A stretch of DNA of 64,000 bases, from the NCBI GenBank assembly GCA_030324005.1, contig JARDVH010000121.1, positions 10,776,295 through 10,840,294 of the forward strand, written 5' to 3'. This DNA comes from Negaprion brevirostris. Lineage: Eukaryota. Every line of letters begins with the position of its first letter. Positions within the stretch are counted from its first letter, which is position 1. The position numbers and the translations under genes were made by a program. The notes below the pieces were generated by a model. The model was not told the origin of the DNA. It saw nothing but the letters and a program-made list of their open reading frames with translations, and ran no database searches. Below, piece after piece: positions 59,801-64,000 of the stretch.

Positions 59801-62173
59801 AGAGCTGGAGAAACAAAAAGCCGTTCTGGAAACTACAGGTCAGTGGAATGTCCTGGCTCCAAATATTGATGCTGGAAAGGACATGCTCCCCGTTTCTCCA
59901 TTTGCCATTGGCTCAGTGAATTGTGATTCTGTTGTAGGCAGAAGCAAGAGAAGAGTGATTTTCTTCAATTTAAAGTATTGACAGAAAGAAATCGCTATGT
60001 ATCCCACTGAAATTTCACACTGTGTCTCCCTCCTTTGGAATCCTGCAACAAGTATCTTTATGCTGCACCCTAGTGCCAATTTCCTCGTGAATGCACTACA
60101 ACTAGCTATTCTTGATCGTTAACTTTCATTGCAACAGCTTTTGAATTGGCATCGTGTACACGATAGAAAGAATAGAAATTTCATCTGCCAAATTATTGGG
60201 AATACTGAAGACTTTTGCCTTCAATCTTCAACATTGCCCGTTTCTTCATCATGGAGTCCATTCCTCTCCGGAACGACTTCTTGGGCTTCGAAAACGTGGC
60301 TCCAGATTTGACCATATGTTCAACTTTTGAAACCAAAATCGGCTTGATCGCCAGTATTATTTCACTCAACTTAGTGCCTTTGTTATTTAGAAATTTGATT
60401 ATTCCAATGTTCTTCTGGGCAAGGTACAATTATTCAAACACGTCTCACGTCATCAGTGCTAAATCACCAAAACACAGGCCCAGTTTCTCAACAGATATAA
60501 ATTCCCTTCATCCATCACTCCTGAGCTTATTGATCTGCTTAGGCTTCTGCGATTACAAAAAATCAATAGAAAATTTTGNNNNNNNNNNNNNNNNNNNNNN
60601 NNNNNNNNNNNNNNNNNNNNNNNNNNNNNNNNNNNNNNNNNNTGTAATCTTTCTGTGGTTTTCAAATACCAGCTTCGTGTGTGTCCACGGTGCGATCGCT
60701 GTATTTGTCTGCTCTCCCTCCTCATCTTCCTTCTGTTCTTGTCTATCTCTTTCTTATTTTTTCTATTATATTGATTTGCAAGTCCGTGTCTATTTCTGTC
60801 GTTCTTGTTACTTTTGCTATCACTTTGTTCTCCTCCTCTGCTTACATTCCCTTCACCATAAACTCGTTTTATTCCTTGTTTCTGACGTCATTCTCAATTT
60901 TGCTCTCGTCTGCCTTCTGCTTCAATCAATTGTACCATTAATCGTGACAATTTATTTCAGAAAACAGTGTGAAAGAAAAGGTTAAAGGTAAGTGTAAAGC
61001 ACCGTGTTCCCTTACTAAAGTCAGCAGAAGGGATGTTTCCTGATAACGAACTGTATTGTCAAGAACCACATAGAATAATGTGGGATAAGATACACCAAAG
61101 AATCAGAGCTGTCAGAGCAGGTAAGAATGGAGTCATTGAGATGTACAGAACAGAAAGAGGCCTTTCGGCCCAACACATCAATGCTGGTCAGGTTTCAAAA
61201 GCTGAACTAGTCCCATTTACCATGGTCCATATTCTCCCTACCATTTCCTATCCATCTGCCTATCCTACATTGAATTTTGTAACTTTACCCCCTTGTCTGG
61301 CAGTTCATTCCATAAAAGCACTGCGCTCTGTGTGAAATAATTGCGCTCAGATCCCTTTTATATATTTCCTCTTTCACATTTAACCAATGCCATCTAGTTT
61401 TAAACTCCCCTATTCTGGGCAATGTACCTTGTAAGAAATCTCACAACACCATGTTAAAATCCAACAAGTTTATTTGGTAGTAAACGTCACAAGCTTTCTG
61501 GGCTCTGCCACTCACCTGACTAAGGGACAGAGCCCCAAAAGCTTGTGACGTTTACTACCAAATAAACCTGTTGGACTTCAACCTGGTGTTGTGAGACGTC
61601 TTACTGTGTTTACCCCAGTCCAAAGCCAGCANNNNNNNNNNNNNNNNNNNNNNNNNNNNNNNNNNNNNNNNNNNNNNNNNNNNNNNNNNNNNNNNNNNNN
61701 NNNNNNNNNNNNNNNNNNNNNNNNNNNNNNNNNNNNNNNNNNNNNNNNNNNNNNNNNNNNNNNNNNNNNNNNNNNNNNNNNNNNNNNNNNNNNNNNNNNN
61801 NNNNNNNNNNNNNNNNNNNNNNNNNNNNNNNNNNNNNNNNNNNNNNNNNNNNNNNNNTTCCTCATATGGCTAGCCTCCGTTTTCGGTGAGGGGCAACTCA
61901 TCTCAACAGCTACTCCACACAATGAACTCCAAACCTTATATTCACAACACATCTTTCAGTGAAAACGTTTCTTCGGAACGACCTTGTGAAATAAAGATCT
62001 TCTTCACGAGTGAAAACAGTGTTACTGTGTATTCTACTCAAAGCGTTCGTCACTTTCGAGCCACCCTCATGCTCCTTTTTATTTCATTGGCAGCCCACAT
62101 GCCAAAATAACGAAAATTTTCTTTGCTTTTGCTACAGAAACAGATAAGTTGAAGAAGCGTCTTCTGGACGCAG
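2792..62173 (+). CDS. Partial multi-exon gene: coiled-coil protein encoded by alternating 27/36-nt phase-1 microexons (5' and 3' ends outside window)
   Basis: 21 exons with pyrimidine tract+AG and G|GT donors. Spliced translation: DEELRKKKA EVTALQKKIHDL DERVNRNGK EMLKQKTNLSEA EEQLQIKTK GMEDLKISLGEA ESKLSSKIK EIQKMKEAFFEF DTKVESKEK EVGKIRNQLLDC [gap] ALEKAKKEIFDI EAKLTSKTK ELENEKNDAFDG EQRILKKDK VIGKLKESIAEL EQKFENRDR EISNLKASLQDA EEEISRKDK ELEKQKAVLETT ENSVKEKVK ETDKLKKRLLDA. No stops; clear heptad periodicity. Confidence 0.9.
3948..3983 (+). CDS. 36-nt microexon (E)VTALQKKIHDL
   Basis: attttcgttgcag|AGGTAACA...GATTTAG|gtaagg. Confidence 0.88.
4405..5091 (-). mobile_element. CR1-type LINE 3' fragment
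   Basis: ORF 4652-4996 reads LGLCSLEFRRLRGDLIETYKIMKGLDR (CR1 ORF2 C-terminus); tail CCTACTCCTGCTCCTATTTCTTATGTTCTTATGTTCTT. Confidence 0.9.
5352..5378 (+). CDS. 27-nt microexon (D)ERVNRNGK
   Basis: ttcctctttctgatcag|ATGAAAGA...GGCAAAG|gtaagc. Confidence 0.85.
5542..6080 (-). mobile_element. Solo LTR, copy 1
   Basis: TGTTA...TAACA termini, perfect 4-bp TSD ATAG on both sides, AATAAA on the minus strand; homologous to 8813-9464. Confidence 0.8.
8813..9464 (+). mobile_element. Solo LTR, copy 2 (inverted relative to copy 1)
   Basis: Reverse-complement match to 5542-6080 at both ends (tcttatcggacaacaaattttatgaaattgggc ... cactcgcgctaaca); flanks ATAAT/ATAAC. Confidence 0.75.
10400..10830 (+). 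mobile_element. CR1-type LINE 3' fragment
   Basis: VQKRFTRML...[29 protein letters not shown]. Confidence 0.85.
11021..11158 (+). mobile_element. Penelope-like short repeat with hammerhead-like core
   Basis: CTGACGA-a-GAGGGG-at-CCCCTC-GAAAGCTT followed by aataaatcggttggactaaaacctggtgttgt; related copies at 13921-14052 and 61510-61630. Confidence 0.6.
12880..13500 (+). mobile_element. Degraded CR1-type LINE 3' fragment
   Basis: RRLSRLIPEMRDEFYKERLGSL...KPRTRSH; 3' tail cctaatcctgctcct. Confidence 0.75.
13921..14052 (+). mobile_element. Penelope-like short repeat, second copy
   Basis: Clear similarity to 11021-11158; CTGACGA...GAAAGCT. Confidence 0.6.
14160..14195 (+). CDS. 36-nt microexon (E)MLKQKTNLSEA
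   Basis: ctgctcctttcag|AGATGCTT...GAGGCAG|gtaaga. Confidence 0.88.
15285..15311 (+). CDS. 27-nt microexon (E)EQLQIKTK
   Basis: gttgctatctttag|AAGAACAG...ACAAAGG|gtaagg. Confidence 0.85.
15650..16520 (+). mobile_element. Degraded LINE ORF2 fragment (CR1/L2-like)
   Basis: KNKAEAIAKIFNQK motif and downstream RT-proximal remnants broken by stops; boundaries approximate. Confidence 0.55.
16696..16996. repeat. Degenerate 15-bp minisatellite, about 20 units, open on both strands
   Basis: Units such as ctggatggtgaaaca, ccggaaggcctaaca, tcagaaggcataacc, ccagaaggtgataga; + strand (P/L)EGxT, - strand GVMPS-like. Confidence 0.8.
18366..18401 (+). CDS. 36-nt microexon (G)MEDLKISLGEA
   Basis: long pyrimidine tract...gttag|GAATGGAA...GAAGCAG|gtaatt. 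Confidence 0.88.
18850..19065 (-). mobile_element. HE1-like shark SINE, 3' part
   Basis: ggcccatcgagtctgcaccg...ggggcaatttttagcatggccaatc...cacatctttgg, shared with other SINE copies in the window. Confidence 0.7.
19220..20478 (+). mobile_element. CR1-type LINE with ORF1 (Zn finger + SGNH esterase remnants), internally deleted
   Basis: Cys-rich start, then VRGIDRHF, LPVP...FKFLGHWNRF, endonuclease remnant VESIWVEL...GVVYRPPNS, then the 3' tail directly. Confidence 0.75.
21229..21395 (-). mobile_element. tRNA-derived (HE1-like) SINE, 5' part
   Basis: ggactgtgggaggaaaccggagcacccggaggaaacccacgcagacacg; B-box-like GGTTCAATTCC on the minus strand. Confidence 0.8.
22150..22950 (+). mobile_element. 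Degraded CR1-type LINE 3' fragment
   Basis: YAKRLSKFVIYSLEFGRM; tail ttcttgtgttcttatgt. Confidence 0.65.
23006..23032 (+). CDS. 27-nt microexon (E)SKLSSKIK
   Basis: tgtttcttttag|AATCTAAG...ATTAAAG|gtacta. Confidence 0.82.
24380..25490 (+). mobile_element. CR1-type LINE fragments including RT C-terminus
   Basis: FADDTKVAGVVESVEGCQKLQRDIGRMQDWAEKWQMDFNPDKC; LQLYRTLVRPHL. Confidence 0.9.
26082..26345 (-). mobile_element. CR1-type LINE fragment (gapped)
   Basis: HLEKNGLIEQTQHGFVKGK and an AAGAACATAAGAAATAGGAGCAGGAG tail. Confidence 0.8.
26827..26862 (+). CDS. 36-nt microexon (E)IQKMKEAFFEF
   Basis: tactttctttccag|AAATCCAA...GAATTTG|gtaagt. Confidence 0.88.
27405..27810 (+). mobile_element. 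tRNA-derived SINE
   Basis: gtctgtgggagtctgcacattctccccgtgcttgcgtgggttttctccg, same family as 21229-21395. Confidence 0.75.
28942..28968 (+). CDS. 27-nt microexon (D)TKVESKEK
   Basis: cccacatgccatcag|ACACGAAA...GAGAAAG|gtaagg (weaker pyrimidine tract). Confidence 0.8.
31484..31519 (+). CDS. 36-nt microexon (E)VGKIRNQLLDC
   Basis: caccttctcactcaag|AAGTGGGA...GATTGCG|gtaagt. Confidence 0.85.
32255..32780 (-). mobile_element. SINE with internal ~52-bp tandem expansion
   Basis: About 6 degenerate copies of cacctaacctgcacatctttggacactaa..ggacaat..agcatggccaat. Confidence 0.7.
33592..33654. repeat. (CT)n(GT)n microsatellite
   Basis: Directly visible. Confidence 0.95.
34810..35160 (-). mobile_element. 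CR1-type LINE 3' end (gapped)
   Basis: FKSRVDRFLTDKEIKGYG; aacataagaaataggagcaggagtaggcc tail. Confidence 0.8.
36129..36276 (-). mobile_element. CR1-type LINE 3' UTR
   Basis: (gtaagaac)n taggagcaggagtaggccatc. Confidence 0.7.
36857..36892 (+). CDS. 36-nt microexon (A)LEKAKKEIFDI
   Basis: attttccaatag|CATTGGAA...GATATTG|gtgagt; first residue assumes the upstream exon ends in G. Confidence 0.87.
39094..39120 (+). CDS. 27-nt microexon (E)AKLTSKTK
   Basis: cacttttctctccag|AAGCAAAG...ACCAAAG|gtgaga. Confidence 0.88.
40120..40430 (-). mobile_element. Degraded SINE
   Basis: tttggactgtggaaggaaacctggagc...ctccacacagtcacccaaggcc. Confidence 0.7.
43151..43186 (+). CDS. 36-nt microexon (E)LENEKNDAFDG
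   Basis: attttctacag|AATTGGAA...GACGGTG|gtgagt. Confidence 0.85.
43826..44290 (-). mobile_element. CR1-type LINE 3' fragment
   Basis: Closely similar to 4405-5091. Confidence 0.88.
45400..47850 (-). mobile_element. Degraded LINE (CR1/L2-like) interrupted by a + strand CR1 whose 3' end is at 46747-46820
   Basis: Repeat-like motifs on both sides of the gap; CR1 tail ttcttatgttcttatgttctta near 46800; boundaries approximate. Confidence 0.5.
48580..48885 (-). mobile_element. SINE
   Basis: ggggagaacgtacaaacgccacacagacag...aattgaacac...caccatgccgcc. Confidence 0.7.
50045..50071 (+). CDS. 27-nt microexon (E)QRILKKDK
   Basis: gattcttttag|AACAAAGA...GACAAAG|gtaagt. Confidence 0.88.
52762..52980. 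repeat. Degenerate (TATG)n/(TCTA)n microsatellite
   Basis: Directly visible. Confidence 0.85.
53006..53041 (+). CDS. 36-nt microexon (V)IGKLKESIAEL
   Basis: ttttctgttttag|TCATAGGA...GAATTGG|gtgagg. Confidence 0.87.
53339..53365 (+). CDS. 27-nt microexon (E)QKFENRDR
   Basis: tgctccctccag|AACAAAAA...GACAGAG|gtgagg. Confidence 0.87.
53685..53920. repeat. Degenerate (TTCC)n polypyrimidine microsatellite
   Basis: Directly visible. Confidence 0.9.
53966..54001 (+). CDS. 36-nt microexon (E)ISNLKASLQDA
   Basis: ttcttttattgtag|AAATATCA...GACGCAG|gtcaat. Confidence 0.85.
54150..54920 (+). mobile_element. Degraded CR1-type LINE 3' fragment
   Basis: gagagtctaggaaaggg...agaaggaatttcttctctcacagg...tcctgttcctatt tail. 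Confidence 0.7.
55862..55888 (+). CDS. 27-nt microexon (E)EEISRKDK
   Basis: catccttttccag|AAGAAGAA...GACAAAG|gtaaag. Confidence 0.87.
56150..56540 (-). mobile_element. SINE-like repeat family (related copies near 10200, 21400, 36300, 50250, 62365)
   Basis: Shared blocks gtaaggacggcagatttccc, ttgaattcaaatt...gggattcg, ccagcatttatt. Confidence 0.55.
57357..58750. mobile_element. Cluster of degraded CR1 fragments (+ 57357-57740, - 57760-58180, + 58230-58750)
   Basis: WSMQINPDEPVMMHFGRSN; IKKAYRIISFISQGMNFKSRE; EEFKSAIGDYLKRKNVQG. Confidence 0.7.
59215..59650 (+). mobile_element. CR1-type LINE 3' fragment
   Basis: cattggagttgaaagaagtgggaggcgtctcatagaaatgtacaaa...ggcctcctactgtttccagtttcta. Confidence 0.75.
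59803..59838 (+). CDS. 36-nt microexon (E)LEKQKAVLETT
   Basis: tttaattttcag|AGCTGGAG...ACTACAG|gtcagt. Confidence 0.85.
60961..60987 (+). CDS. 27-nt microexon (E)NSVKEKVK
   Basis: aatttatttcag|AAAACAGT...GTTAAAG|gtaagt. Confidence 0.87.
61431..61630. mobile_element. Penelope-like inverted repeat (hairpin) element
   Basis: Arms ~61431-61507 and ~61523-61604 are reverse complements; same family as 11021-11158. Confidence 0.7.
62138..62173 (+). CDS. 36-nt microexon (E)TDKLKKRLLDA
   Basis: ttgcttttgctacag|AAACAGAT...GACGCAG|gtaaat. Confidence 0.88.
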
Positions 62174-63879
62174 GTAAATGGCAAATACTGGTTAGGGGTG
62201 TATTTGGAAACTCAGCTTCAGTAAAGCATTGTCTTCCAAGTGAAAAGTGTGNNNNNNNNNNAGGACCAAGCAACATTTTGTTAATAACGTATTGTTTATT
62301 CAATTCAAGGAAATGGGGACCATATGGGGACGTACAGTTGTGCAACATGCTGCATAAATGGGACAAAGTGTGGCCTAGTGGTAATGTCACTGAACTAGTC
62401 ATCAAGTGGTTAAGACTAATACGAGTTCAAGAGGTTGTTAATTCGGTTAAGAAAATCCACAATGGAAAGCTAGTCTCAGTAGTAGAAACCGTGGTCATTT
62501 CACTGATTGTCGTAAAAAAACATCCATCTGATTCACTATTGTCCGTTAGAGTAGTAGATCTGTCACCCATCGCTGGTCTCGTCTCCATGCGACTCCAGAT
62601 CTGTACCAATGCGAGTGCAGTATTACTGCCCTCTAAAGTTGTCCAGTAAGCCAGACTGTGTTAAGGCAATTACGGATTCACAAGAAATAATGACTTTGTC
62701 GGTGGTGCCCAAGACCCATGAAATAATCAAGAGCAAAAATATCAAAAATCGTTCACGTGACTCAAAATAGAGTCCAGCAACCGCACACAGAATTAAAACC
62801 TAACATTTCTACTCCTCGTTGTCATCGGTAACCCAATCTGCAACAGAGCAACACAGTTGCACAAATTTCACTTCGCCCCCAACACTGCCCAAACGATGAA
62901 ACTCTGAAAAGATAAATGTGGAATATATTCATTGGCGAAGATTCACCATCGCTTCACACTCGGAAGACACACATCCTCTTCAGGCAAACATACATCTGCT
63001 ACGATATCGAGTACGGGTTCAAATGTCCTGGTAAACGAGCATTACGCCACTGCAGCAACAGCTTCAATAGAAGACGGTTCGAAGCAAAGTTATGACATAG
63101 TTATTACATCTGGCGTTATGCACCTCGCTAAATCGTATCAACTTGAATAGAAGTTAATATGGAGGTGCTGACTAACTCTTGTTTATGCGATCCCACAGCT
63201 GTTACAGATCAGTCAACTTAGCTCTCTACTGACAAGGACAGAAGCAAAACCTGAATCTAGAGAGATGTCAACAAGAACGCAACAAGAATCTTGGGCATTC
63301 ATTGCTCCCAGTGCGGTCTCTGCTACATCGAGTAGTGTGGAGATTAAGCGCTGCTTGGGTGACTGCTTTGTGGAATAACTGCGAACTACCTGCAAACAGG
63401 GCGTGAGTGTTCCTGTCCCTTGCGACCTCATCTCAATATCTTGCTCTCACGCTCCTTTGAAGTCCAATGCAAACTGTAGTAGCAGCCCATACATATTCCG
63501 ATTGCGCATGTTACAATCTGTAATTCTGAAAATTCAGTTCCAGAACTTTCGAATGTGACTATTCTCCTCAAATTTGACCCCCTTTTCTCGAAGATCTTTT
63601 TTTTCCAACGCAACATCCTTGCACCCATCCTTCCCTCTCTCCAGCTGGGTCATTTGCCCCTTCTTCTTTGTGTCTGCTCTCACTGAGCACTCAGCTTTAC
63701 TTTTAATGAACATATTATGTTATCATATCTCAATGTCCCATAAGAACTTTCTATACCTCTTCACACAATGAATAACACCACCGCTGTGTCGTACGCTTCG
63801 CATTCTCTATTCGCTCCCACCCAACACTAACCTTCTACACTTCTCCATCTGCTGCACCCACCCGTTGTTCACACCAAAC

Positions 63880-63990
63880 GCTCTAACTTCAGCTCTGACG
63901 AAGAATCACATTCTCTCGAAATGTTAATTCTGCTGTTCTCTCCACAGATGCCGCCAGACTAGCTGAGTTGTTCTAGCATCTTCGGTTTTC
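63880..63990 (+). mobile_element. Penelope-like terminal repeat with hammerhead-like core
   Basis: CTGACGA-agaatcacattctctc-GAAA-tgttaattc followed by tctctccacagatgccgccagactagctgag; degraded reverse copies near 1300, 11480, 12420, 45100. Confidence 0.6.
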
Positions 63991-64000
63991 ACATGTAGCA

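Noticed and set aside
60215-60985. 256-aa hydrophobic + strand ORF as a membrane protein
   Set aside because: Product of T/C-rich composition plus an N-gap; it overlaps the true exon 60961 in a different frame and has no recognisable domain.
2770-62137. UGC motifs upstream of acceptors suggesting SRRM4/nSR100 neural microexon control
   Set aside because: Seen in only about 8 of 21 acceptor regions, roughly the chance expectation for a trinucleotide in ~25 nt.
1-64000. Antigen-receptor V/D/J segments with RSS, CRISPR arrays, prokaryotic operons
   Set aside because: I saw no properly spaced heptamer-nonamer pairs next to J- or V-like coding sequence and no repeat-spacer arrays; the DNA is vertebrate intron-like.

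Overview
Vertebrate genomic DNA from a gapped draft scaffold. The repeat content (CR1-type LINEs with ACATAAGA-type tails, tRNA/HE1-like SINEs, Penelope-like fragments) points to a cartilaginous fish, probably a shark (inference). The ORF track holds almost nothing but transposon fragments and noise. Reading splice signals directly shows that the window is the interior of one + strand gene made of microexons. I found 21 AG/GT-flanked, phase-1/phase-1 exons alternating 27 nt and 36 nt over about 59 kb. Each 27+36 pair encodes 21 aa (three heptads), and the 666 spliced nt give a stop-free 222-aa coiled coil. The alternation breaks once, at an N-gap preceded by a pyrimidine tract, where a 27-nt exon is predicted. 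The gene's ends lie outside the window, so its identity is unresolved; the architecture recalls BG/butyrophilin-type heptad microexon tails. The introns contain LINEs and SINEs, two inverted solo LTRs, Penelope-like fragments with hammerhead-ribozyme-like cores, a 15-bp coding-like minisatellite and microsatellites.
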